A stretch of 64,000 nucleotides of DNA, taken from contig JAHBYF010000008.1 in the NCBI GenBank assembly GCA_019636095.1, positions 41,886 through 105,885 on the forward strand, written 5' to 3'. The notes under the pieces were generated by a model. It made no database searches. It saw only the letters and a list, made by a program, of their open reading frames with translations, and had not been told where the DNA came from. This stretch comes from Hyphomonadaceae bacterium. Lineage in GTDB: Bacteria; Pseudomonadota; Alphaproteobacteria; Caulobacterales; Aquidulcibacteraceae. This document shows positions 39,066 through 47,297 of this stretch, in pieces. Numbering within the stretch: position 1 is the stretch's first letter; every line of letters begins with the position of its first letter. The position numbers were made by a program, and so were the translations under genes.

Positions 39066-41003
39066 TCAGTGAGCCGAGATTTGCGCCGCGACGGCCCGGC
39101 AGTCGTATGGCCAAGAGGGATCTGCACAGAAATCCGGCCACAACCCGCGCTCGCGCCAGAACGCCAGCAGTCCGAGTTCAGATGCAAGCATCATAAAGCG
39201 GGGATCGCGGCGCATCGGCTCAAGCGGGGCCAGGAACAGAAAGAAGTGTTCTTGGAACGGACCGGGGTGTGCGCCAGCATATTCGAACGCCCTATCGAAT
39301 GCCCGATCCACATCTCCAAGCGCCGACAAAATGACAATGGATTGTTGGGCGGGGATGATTCCTTGGTTCTCTGCGTCAATCACAGCCCTGACCGCCAGCG
39401 CCGCTGGCTCCCGGCCCTGACGCGCGCGCATGTAATGGCGCCAAAGGTCTCGAGATTCGGGTGCGGAAGGGAACGCCACGTTGCTTAGCATGAAGTCGAA
39501 CGCGCGTTGGCGGCGTTCCGCATCACCGAAGAACATGGCCGAGTAGAAGTAGTTCAGACGTCCGCCTTGGTAGTCAGGCCAAAGACGCATCGATTCATCC
39601 GCAAGCGCGAGCGCTTCGTCTTTATCGCCCGCCGCCGCGAGTATTGCTATGGTGTGGGTCGCGAAACGTCGAGACAGCGGGTCGAGCCAACGCGAGCGAC
39701 GTGCAAACCGTGCTGCTTCGCTGGTCTGCCCAATCGCCAGCATGTGATACGCGAGTGCGAGATGCAGATCCCCGTTATCAGGGTCAAGGGCCATGGCGCG
39801 GTCGAGCAGATCTTTCTGCGCGCGCCAATCCGCTTCCAGCAATGAAAGCGCCATGTACGCTTGACCATTGCGGCGATCTAGTCGGAGCGCGAGTCGTGCA
39901 GCTTGCTCCGCCTCTGCACGCAATCTCGGCGCCTGTTCGGATGGTGCAAAGAACGCTTGATTTGCGTTGCCTAGCGCCAAGAGTGACCAAGCTTGGGAAA
40001 AATTTGGCTGAAGCTCCGTTGCGCGGAGCGCAAGCGTCCTGAGCGGCTCCCAATCTCCCGGATTGAAACGCTGCGCCTCGCAAGCCCGCAGGAATGCGCC
40101 CAAAGCTTCAGCGCTGCTCCTCGCGTCATGGCGCAAGCCTATGGCGGCGCACTTCAGGACGTCAGCAAGACGCGCCGCTGTTTGGTCTATGAGATTCGTT
40201 TCGTCAGGCGTGGCCCGATCAAAGACAAGTGACCAGAGAACAGCGCCGGACTGCGGATGCTGTATGCGAGCGCTAATTCGTGTGGTGTCGCCTTGGCGTT
40301 GTACGAGGCCGTCGACAATTAGAGCGACATGGTCTTCCGCCGCCCGGTGCTCGCCGTGATCGCCGCGGTAGAGGGCCGCGCGCGCCGGCGATAGGGCCAC
40401 CATTTCTTGACCGCCAAGGATGCCCGCCACTCTATCCGCGAGTGTGGCCGAAAACGGCGAGAGGGAGTTATCACCCGCAGTGTCGAACGGCAGGGCGGCG
40501 ATTAGAAAGCTTTGGTTGCGCGGTGTCAGCAGCGCCAGTCCCGCCGCTCCCGCGAGGATCAACGCCAACGCCGCGGCTAGAACTGCAAACGAGCGTTGCC
40601 GCCAAATCGGCCTTCCGCCGGCGCCGCTCGCTTCCCCCGCGACCTCTGGTGCAAGCAGCCGATAGCCGAGCTTCGGTACGGTCTCGACCTCGAAGGCGCG
40701 CGGCTCGCTTAGGCTGGCGATCTTTCGAACCTGAGCGACGGCGCGATGGATGGCGCTATCGCTGACCACGACTCCGGCCCAGCACGATGCTGTGAGATCG
40801 TCCCGGCTGACGATACGTCCACGCTGGCGCCACAAGGCGACCAGCACCTGCATAATCCGAGGCTCAATGTGCTTGGACTCGCCGCCAACTGCGACGTCAC
40901 AAGATGATGGCCGGATCGACAAGGACCCGATCGTGAAGTCAGGCTCGCGTGAAAGCTCGACGGGCGCCATTTCTGGCGGCTGACCAGCGGGCGACGCCGA
41001 CAT
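39066..41003 (-). CDS. Winged-helix (OmpR/CadC-type) DNA-binding - TM - TolB_N-like - TPR regulator
   Basis: IEPRIMQVLVALWRQRGRIVSRDDLTASCWAGVVVSDSAIHRAVAQVRKI (trans_reg_C). TM helix FAVLAALALILAGAAGLALL. FLIAALPFDTAGDN... (TolB_N-like). TPR-like C-terminus. Confidence 0.8.
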   Translation of the reverse strand: MSASPAGQPPEMAPVELSREPDFTIGSLSIRPSSCDVAVGGESKHIEPRIMQVLVALWRQRGRIVSRDDLTASCWAGVVVSDSAIHRAVAQVRKIASLSEPRAFEVETVPKLGYRLLAPEVAGEASGAGGRPIWRQRSFAVLAAALALILAGAAGLALLTPRNQSFLIAALPFDTAGDNSLSPFSATLADRVAGILGGQEMVALSPARAALYRGDHGEHRAAEDHVALIVDGLVQRQGDTTRISARIQHPQSGAVLWSLVFDRATPDETNLIDQTAARLADVLKCAAIGLRHDARSSAEALGAFLRACEAQRFNPGDWEPLRTLALRATELQPNFSQAWSLLALGNANQAFFAPSEQAPRLRAEAEQAARLALRLDRRNGQAYMALSLLEADWRAQKDLLDRAMALDPDNGDLHLALAYHMLAIGQTSEAARFARRSRWLDPLSRRFATHTIAILAAAGDKDEALALADESMRLWPDYQGGRLNYFYSAMFFGDAERRQRAFDFMLSNVAFPSAPESRDLWRHYMRARQGREPAALAVRAVIDAENQGIIPAQQSIVILSALGDVDRAFDRAFEYAGAHPGPFQEHFFLFLAPLEPMRRDPRFMMLASELGLLAFWRERGLWPDFCADPSWPYDCRAVAAQISAH

Positions 41004-41106
41004 CTTTTTTCCTTTTTGAACAACCCACTCAGCTTTCCATCAGCAATTCATCAGACCTCGATTGTTGTCAACTTGGCCCGTTTTCACGCGTGCTTGCTCG
41101 CCGACA

Positions 41107-42141
41107 ATGGCCAGTGGAGGTTTTTCGTTGAAATTTCTGTTGATTGCACTCGGGGCTGCGCTGTCTGCGTTCTCCGGACAAGCGTCTGCGCAGGATTATC
41201 AAAGCCCGACGATTGGCGGGCCGGGCGGCGAACCTTTCACCATGCGCTGCGCACAAGGTGATTTTCTCGTTGGCCTTCGCGCCCGTTCGGGAGATTGGGT
41301 CGATGCGATCGCGCCTCTGTGCGCACGCTGGGACGAGAGGCGGCAGAGGTTTTTGGCGCCGGGCATTGGTCCCGTGCGGGGCGGAAACGGCGGCGGACTC
41401 GTTGAAATTCGTTGCAATGAGATCTCGGCCCTGAAATCGTTGGTGGTTGAGCACGCGCCCAATCGCTACCGCAACGTGGCGCTGATCGTGCCGGCCTGTG
41501 CGTCTGGACGTGACCCTACGCGCACAACCGGTCGCCTCGGGGCGGCTCAGTTCGGCACCTCGATCGCGGATCGACGTGATCGCGAAGCTGAACCCGGCAT
41601 TGGGTCGACGACGAGCACCTTCTACGATGCGGACCGGATGCCGCACTGCAATGGAAGCGACCTTGCGGTCGGCATTTTTGGCGGGGCCGGGAACTATGTC
41701 GATCGGATTGGTCTGATCTGCGCTCCACCACCTCGCACTACCGCAGCGGCGACACGTCGTTTGCCGCCACCTTCTGATCTCGCGAACATGGGTCGCGGCG
41801 CAACACCCGCTCCATCTCGCCGGCGGGCCGAGGTCAGCGCCACCCCTGGCATTGCACCGGGAGAGCCAAACGGGCGGGATTGCCGCACCGGTTTTGTTTG
41901 GCGCGAAGCGCGCCCGGGCGATGTCGTATGCGTGACGCCAGAATCCCGCACGTTGGTTCGGCACGAGAATGCTTCCGCAACAGCACGCGTAAGTCCAGGC
42001 GGCGCCTACGGTCCACATACGTGCATCGCGGGGTTTGTGTGGCGCGAGGCCTTCGACGGAGACGTCGTCTGCGTCACGCCTGAACGACGCAGCCAAGTGC
42101 GCGAAGAAAACGCCACCGCCGTGACACGCGTTGCAGGATAG
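41107..42141 (+). CDS. Exported protein: jacalin-like lectin region plus two C-terminal CxxGFVWREA modules
   Basis: Signal peptide from ATG 41107. GGPGGEPF...LVGLRARSGDWVDAIAPLC and VGIFGGAGNYVDRIGLIC (jacalin-like GGxGG / G..vd.i pattern). Then CRTGFVWREARPGDVVCVTPESR...CIAGFVWREAFDGDVVCVTPERR. Confidence 0.6.
   Translation: MASGGFSLKFLLIALGAALSAFSGQASAQDYQSPTIGGPGGEPFTMRCAQGDFLVGLRARSGDWVDAIAPLCARWDERRQRFLAPGIGPVRGGNGGGLVEIRCNEISALKSLVVEHAPNRYRNVALIVPACASGRDPTRTTGRLGAAQFGTSIADRRDREAEPGIGSTTSTFYDADRMPHCNGSDLAVGIFGGAGNYVDRIGLICAPPPRTTAAATRRLPPPSDLANMGRGATPAPSRRRAEVSATPGIAPGEPNGRDCRTGFVWREARPGDVVCVTPESRTLVRHENASATARVSPGGAYGPHTCIAGFVWREAFDGDVVCVTPERRSQVREENATAVTRVAG
41881..42130 (+). repeat. 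Duplicated coding module, copy 1 (pairs with 43319-43568)
   Basis: The first ~68 nt differ at only about 5 positions from 43319-43386; the rest is about 70-75% identical by eye. Confidence 0.7.
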
Positions 42142-42298
42142 CCTGCTGCTCCAAATCCATCGACGAGACCGTTCCATGCAGTCAAAGAAGTGTTTCTCGG
42201 ACTCCGCCTGCAATCGTGAGGCGAGGTTTGCAAACGCCCAAACGCGCGCAGCGTTCACACATTGGGGATTGAGGTTAGCGGCAGACATTGCTCCGCGA

Positions 42299-43576
42299 AT
42301 GCGGATCGTGACTATCGCGCTTGCGCTGTTGTCCTGCATCTCAATTGCGCCACGCGCGGAGGCGCGGCCTGGTACACCGAGGAATCTGATCGTGAGTGAC
42401 TGCAGCGGCGATTCCTCAATCGGGAGGGGGCCGCGCTTCTCTGGGCCGCCAATCCTCTGTCTCGACTTTGAGAACACGGCGCCCGAGAGCGTCCGCTTCG
42501 AATTCATGGCATTTGCGAACGGCGCCGTTATCCCCGTCACAACCTTCGACGCGTTTTGTCGCAATCGCAATGCGGGCGCGTGCACGGCAAGCGGCGCATT
42601 CGTTGCCTGGGGATATTCGCATTATACAGAACGAGACTCGTCAAACCCTGTCTGGGAGCGCGAGGCGATCTATCTCGTCGGCGCTGACTTCGACACGCAA
42701 TATTGCTTCATGGTACGCACGCGAGATGAGAGCGACACCGTTTCGTTGTTGTGGTCCAATCGCGCGTGTCTAGTCACGCGCGGACGACCGCTGCCGCCAA
42801 CGGAGCCTTCGATTAGCGTTCGAACCTCGCAGCGCGGGGACCGCGTCATGGTCTCATGGGGAGGCGGGGGCCGCGAGGTGGGAAATTATGAACTTGAGGC
42901 CCGAACATCGCGTCCCATAGAGTTTGCATTGATTCCAGAAAATGTGCGCCGGGCGAACGAGTTTCATCGATTGGGCGCCGATTCATTCACGCTTGACGTG
43001 CCGTGGGCGGTCGCGCTCGACATGCATGATGAGGCGTATCTTTATCGCGTTTGCGCGGTTAACGTCGCCGGCAGAAGTTGCTCGGCGTGGGTGTCCAGTC
43101 TCGGCGACGCGCCTCCCCGCAGCGTCACGCAGGCTGCTGTGCGTGAGGTCCAGTCAAATGTTGCGAACGCCGTACCGCCTCCGCTCAGTGCGGAATCACA
43201 ATCGCATCCGCTTGGCGCACGAAGGGAAGCGGACGGTCCTTCTCGGCCATCGCGCGCTAGCGCCGAAGCGACTGCTGATGTGACGGTGTCTTCGCGGGCT
43301 GGGGATCAATCACCACGATGCCGCACTGGCTTTGTTTGGCGCGAAGCGCGCCCGGACGATGTCGTATGTGTGACGCCCGAATCCCGTGCGCAGGTGCGGC
43401 AGGAGAACGCGACCGCTGGGTCTCGCGTTAGCCCCGGCGGGCCCTATGGGCCGAACACATGCGTGTCAGGATTTGTTTGGCGTGAGGCGTTCGACGGGGA
43501 TGTTGTTTGCGTTACGCCGGCGCGGCGAAACAACGTACGCGACGAAAACCGAACCGCCGCATCTCGGACGAACTAA
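42299..43576 (+). CDS. Exported protein: Ig/FN3-like region plus two C-terminal CxxGFVWREA modules
   Basis: Signal peptide MRIVTIALALLSCISIAPRAEA from ATG 42299. C-terminal CRTGFVWREARPDDVVCVTPESR...CVSGFVWREAFDGDVVCVTPARR is paralogous to the preceding gene. Confidence 0.6.
   Translation: MRIVTIALALLSCISIAPRAEARPGTPRNLIVSDCSGDSSIGRGPRFSGPPILCLDFENTAPESVRFEFMAFANGAVIPVTTFDAFCRNRNAGACTASGAFVAWGYSHYTERDSSNPVWEREAIYLVGADFDTQYCFMVRTRDESDTVSLLWSNRACLVTRGRPLPPTEPSISVRTSQRGDRVMVSWGGGGREVGNYELEARTSRPIEFALIPENVRRANEFHRLGADSFTLDVPWAVALDMHDEAYLYRVCAVNVAGRSCSAWVSSLGDAPPRSVTQAAVREVQSNVANAVPPPLSAESQSHPLGARREADGPSRPSRASAEATADVTVSSRAGDQSPRCRTGFVWREARPDDVVCVTPESRAQVRQENATAGSRVSPGGPYGPNTCVSGFVWREAFDGDVVCVTPARRNNVRDENRTAASRTN
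43319..43568 (+). repeat. Duplicated coding module, copy 2
   Basis: See 41881-42130. Confidence 0.7.
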
Positions 43577-43697
43577 GCGAGCGAAGCTGAGATAGTTAGG
43601 GGCTTACAGGAGTCCAATTTCGGGCGATCGTGAGCGGTTCACGCGGGGAGGAGGCGAGAGGCTGGATTTGATCGAGTGAGCCATTGACCTTGGCGGC

Positions 43698-44171
43698 TCA
43701 AAGAAGTGCGGGACGCGCCAGCATCAGCCAAACGATCCCAAGCACGCTGAAGAAGGCGGGGAAGCCGCACAAGAACCATGCCCGGAACAATTGGTAGTAG
43801 CGTGCGGGCAGCACTTCATTTCTTGCGACCGCTGATCGGGCGAGGTCGCGCATACGATGTTGCATCCACAAGACCGGCAACCAAAACGCTCCAGTGAGCA
43901 CATAGAGCCCCAGAGATAGCGCGATCCAACCTTCGGTGAGCGACCAGCCGGTCGCCTGAGCAAGTAGGGCGCCCGTAACCGGCTGGATCACGACGGCGCT
44001 CGCCGTGAACAGCCAGTCGGCAATCACCACCACGCCTGCTGTGTGCGCAATGATGCGCGGGTCCTTTGAGCGATGCGCCATCACCATGAAGAAGGCGATG
44101 CCGGCGCCGGTGCCAAGCAACACTGCGGCGCCAATGACGTGAAGCCAGCGAAGGAAAAGCGCGTACTCCAT
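43698..44171 (-). CDS. DUF2269-family integral membrane protein
   Basis: From ATG 44171, which overlaps the upstream stop (ATGA). MEYALFLRWLHVIGAAVLLGTGAGIAFFMVMAH; 4 TM helices. Confidence 0.65.
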   Translation of the reverse strand: MEYALFLRWLHVIGAAVLLGTGAGIAFFMVMAHRSKDPRIIAHTAGVVVIADWLFTASAVVIQPVTGALLAQATGWSLTEGWIALSLGLYVLTGAFWLPVLWMQHRMRDLARSAVARNEVLPARYYQLFRAWFLCGFPAFFSVLGIVWLMLARPALL

Positions 44172-45466
44172 CAGCGCTCCTCGATCAGCGCGGCTACCGC
44201 GAACGCCAGTGCAATGGCTGGGAGTATTTTCACGTACGGGCCCAATGGATCGGACCAAAGCGTAGGATTGGTCCAGGTTCCAAGTGCGATGTAGCCCAAC
44301 GAGACGATGATGGCGCTTGAGGCCGCCCGCCGAGCTGTCTTGCGAAAGCAGAGACCGACCCCGATGGCGATATCTAGAAGTGCGCCACCGATCACGAGCA
44401 TCATCGCTTGGTCCTCAAGTACGGTGCCACGCAGAACTGCCGCGGCTGCAGTCGCTTGGACCAGCGCAATCGCGCCGGAGGCCATCCAAAAGGTCGCCAA
44501 TGACAGGATGAGGAGCGGAAAGGTGAGTTGCGCTCGGGCGAATACACGTTCCTGCAAAGTCGCCGGCAGCGCGTTTAGCGACTCCGCTAGCGTCTTCAAC
44601 GGACGCCCGAGCGCCTGCTGGCCTTGATCTGGATCACCTAACACGTTTCCCGCGAGCACCTTGAGCGCGGTCGTTCGCAATGGGGATCGCCATCCGAGCC
44701 AGCCCGCTACATCGGCGCAAGATCCCAGCAGCGCGCCGAGCAATAGCGGTGTCGAAAAGATGAAATGAGCCGGGGCGAAGCCCAGCCAACTCCGAAAGGC
44801 CGAGATAGTTTCTGCCAAGGTGTGCGTCCTACGCTCCACCAAATCCACCTCACGGCGTACAAGACGGTCGGTTGTGATAGCAATGGCCACCGCATCGGCG
44901 ACATCTGAGACGGCGACGCTCTGAAGCCGCGCGTCGGGAAGCATCAGTGGTTGAACTGCAGGAAAGGCGGCGAGCATGCGCAATAAGGCGGTGCCGCCAT
45001 AAGCGTCAGCGCTGATCACGAGGCCAGGTTTCAGGATCGTCCACTCAAGTGAGCTCGCGCGCAGCGCGGCGTCCGCTTTGCCCTTCGTGCGCATGAACGC
45101 GGTGCTTGCGTCTGGCGTGGCGCCCGGCGCGGAAATCTGTACGTAGCGGCGCACGCCGGCATTTACGCATGCATTGACGAGCGCCACGATGGCTTCGTGT
45201 TGGGATGCCTCCAACCGGTCGATTGCGCCATCTTGCAGAGCGCCCGATGCGTTTACGACCGCGTCCACGCCACGTAGGTAAGGTGTCCAACGCTCAGGCT
45301 TAGTTAGGGTGGCGAGATCAGCGCCAACCCAATCGATGTTTGGGGCAAGCCGCTTGCCCTTAGCGTAAGAGCGGCCAAAGCCGACCACGGTCAGTCCGTC
45401 GGCCCGAAGCCGCCGTACAACGTCGGACCCGATCAGGCCATATGCGCCGAGGACTAGTACACGCAT
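44171..45466 (-). CDS. NAD(P)-binding (SDR/NmrA-like) domain fused to a DoxX-like membrane domain
   Basis: From ATG 45466. MRVLVLGAYGLIGSDVVRRL (Rossmann GxxGxxG). Hydrophobic C-terminal half with several TM helices. The track start at 45562 runs into the R copy. Confidence 0.7.
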   Translation of the reverse strand: MRVLVLGAYGLIGSDVVRRLRADGLTVVGFGRSYAKGKRLAPNIDWVGADLATLTKPERWTPYLRGVDAVVNASGALQDGAIDRLEASQHEAIVALVNACVNAGVRRYVQISAPGATPDASTAFMRTKGKADAALRASSLEWTILKPGLVISADAYGGTALLRMLAAFPAVQPLMLPDARLQSVAVSDVADAVAIAITTDRLVRREVDLVERRTHTLAETISAFRSWLGFAPAHFIFSTPLLLGALLGSCADVAGWLGWRSPLRTTALKVLAGNVLGDPDQGQQALGRPLKTLAESLNALPATLQERVFARAQLTFPLLILSLATFWMASGAIALVQATAAAAVLRGTVLEDQAMMLVIGGALLDIAIGVGLCFRKTARRAASSAIIVSLGYIALGTWTNPTLWSDPLGPYVKILPAIALAFAVAALIEER

Positions 45467-45519
45467 CGTCCCAGCTAAGGGGCTTTGGCCATCGAAGCAA
45501 AGCGACGCAATGACCGACT

Positions 45520-45618
45520 TCGGCGACAACACGCCATTGCTGCACGGCGCTAAGCCACTCACCGCAATCGATAGAGTAGGTCAGTCGCCCAAATCGTCGC
45601 GACGTGCTACGATGGCCC
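45520..45618 (+). repeat. R repeat copy (subfamily B)
   Basis: tcggcgacaacacgccattgctgcacggcgctaagccactcaccgcaatcgatagagtaggtcagtcgcccaaatcgtcgcgacgtgctacgatggccc. Confidence 0.85.
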
Positions 45619-45682
45619 TGAAAAGCCTTACATCGTCTCCGCACGACTTGTGTATCCATGCACTCTGCCGCTCACTGCATCC

Positions 45683-46198
45683 ATGAAATTTGTCCGCTCA
45701 CTCATTCTGCTTTGCTTAGCCCTGGTAGGTGGTCTGACGCTGAGCGCGCGTGCCGATCAGAACCTGACGGAACGCGTTCGCCCTCCCGCGCTGACGATGC
45801 CTGATGACTGCACATGGGAAACTGCGCGCGCTCTCTCGGTTGAGGAAATCTCACGAGACTACCTTGCTTTGTATGGCCAATGTGTGCGGACGCGCGGCAT
45901 ATCAGATGGAAATTCAATTGGACCGGACGAAGCCACGTTTCGCCGAGTGGATTGGGCTGAACTCGGCGTGATGTTTCAGAACGAGCCGTTGCCACCGGGA
46001 AGGTTCACAGACGCCGAGTTCCTCGGCGTGGTTGGTGCGTGCGAGTACGTTTGTCCGCCGATTGAAGAGCAGATCGTCCGTCATTCCGATGGCTCTGCGA
46101 CCATAAGGATATGCATGGCCACAGGCGTTTGCCATTGGTTTGGAGAATATCCGTATCTGTTGGCTAGGGATTTTCGCACCTTTACTCCGCACCCGTGA
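45683..46198 (+). CDS. Exported hypothetical protein (171 aa)
   Basis: Signal peptide MKFVRSLILLCLALVGGLTLSARA from ATG 45683; several Cys residues. Confidence 0.6.
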   Translation: MKFVRSLILLCLALVGGLTLSARADQNLTERVRPPALTMPDDCTWETARALSVEEISRDYLALYGQCVRTRGISDGNSIGPDEATFRRVDWAELGVMFQNEPLPPGRFTDAEFLGVVGACEYVCPPIEEQIVRHSDGSATIRICMATGVCHWFGEYPYLLARDFRTFTPHP

Positions 46199-46223
46199 AA
46201 CGCCAGCGCCTCTGCGTCCATAA

Positions 46224-46321
46224 ACGACGGCAACACGACGTTGCTGCATGCGCTAAGCGATTGACCGCAACCGATAGAGTAGGTCGCTCACTCGCGGAGT
46301 GCGCCTATCCGGCAACGGCCC
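46224..46321 (+). repeat. R repeat copy (subfamily B)
   Basis: acgacggcaacacgacgttgctgcatgcgctaagcgattgaccgcaaccgatagagtaggtcgc.... About 85% identical to 45520-45618 over the first ~75 nt by hand count. Ends in ...ccggcaacggccc. Confidence 0.85.
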
Positions 46322-46365
46322 GCGATATGATGCTTCTGAGTCCGAACTACTCATTGAGAACGGGC

Positions 46366-47082
46366 TCAGTTCGCGCTTGAGAGGCGTGTGTATTCTTCTT
46401 CTATCCGCTCGGCGTAACCGCCTGCTGCGGCGCCGGGGCCGTTGTAAGCGCGTGCGAAGCTTGCCCAGTCCTTGCGCTGAAGGTCGTCGACTAAGCCGCG
46501 GTTTCGAATCCATCGTAGCCAAGCCGCGAGTTGATGTTGCGGCGAGCGCGCTAGATCAGAAACGAAAGCTTGTACGGTGGGGTAGCCAGCAGCCTCGTAT
46601 TGAAAGCCGACCATTTGAAACGCGCCCCAGCTTGTCGAAGCGAGGGCTTCATCGGGCGCAAGAGCGTATGCCTCCGCGAGTTGGCTCCATCTATCGTCTT
46701 GCCTGCTTGGGTATGGCCGCTCGCCGTAGCGCGAGTAGGAGATCGTCGGATGGGAGGCGTTGAACCTTCCACCCGTTCTGCGGGCAAAGATGTGTGGTTC
46801 AAACAAGATGAGCGGGCGGCCATTTTCGTCGTAGCCCGTCCCTCTGGCGCTTTCCGCCATCGCAACCGCTTGGAGCGCCGCCGGCTCTATTTGCGACGCT
46901 GCTGCGGGTTCAACGAAGTCTTCGTTCGTCAGTGGCGTAACCGATGCCGCTCTTAGGCTTGCGAGGAAATCCGGCGATTGACCTGCTGCGGTAACGGGAG
47001 TTTGCGCCCATGTTGGCAAGACGAGCAATACGCCAAGGGTCGTTCCGAGCGCCACGAGCGATCGTCGAGTGAAACGGGGCAA
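46366..47082 (-). CDS. Exported N-acetylmuramidase-like protein (DUF3380 family)
   Basis: I start it at TTG 47082 (AGGAG 5 nt upstream), giving the signal peptide MPRFTRRSLVALGTTLGVLLVLPTWAQ. ILFEPHIFARRTGG...TSWGAFQMVGFQYEAAGY...ASFARAYNGPG matches the DUF3380 endolysin-like muramidase pattern. Confidence 0.7.
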   Translation of the reverse strand: MPRFTRRSLVALGTTLGVLLVLPTWAQTPVTAAGQSPDFLASLRAASVTPLTNEDFVEPAAASQIEPAALQAVAMAESARGTGYDENGRPLILFEPHIFARRTGGRFNASHPTISYSRYGERPYPSRQDDRWSQLAEAYALAPDEALASTSWGAFQMVGFQYEAAGYPTVQAFVSDLARSPQHQLAAWLRWIRNRGLVDDLQRKDWASFARAYNGPGAAAGGYAERIEEEYTRLSSAN

Positions 47083-47297
47083 AGTGGTCTCCTGCGGAGT
47101 TTTCGCTGCACTTGCGACCTTAGCTGATGGCCTTGAGACTTCAAAGCGTCGCGAGCGACACCGGAGGTTGGTTGAGCGGTTGTCGAGGGCGCGGCGCAAA
47201 GGCCTTTCCCGATGGACAGAAAGCGACTGGCGAGAATATCTTGGCGTCGGTTTCGCAAGAGGCGAACCTGCATGTTCGTGAGCGGGCCGAGGTCGAC

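Noticed and set aside
39030-39066. Tandem gcctgatgg / ctgatg motifs downstream of the regulator gene
   Set aside because: Only two or three short copies, with no extended periodicity or pairing. Likely chance.
41068-42585. 505-aa minus-strand ORF
   Set aside because: It is antisense to two plus-strand genes that have signal peptides and repeated domains. Its translation is Arg/Ala/Gly-rich low-complexity, typical of GC-rich shadow frames. The same reasoning applies to 9879-10922, 7443-8423, 53247-54296, 57109-58380, 5086-5742 and 2125-2964.
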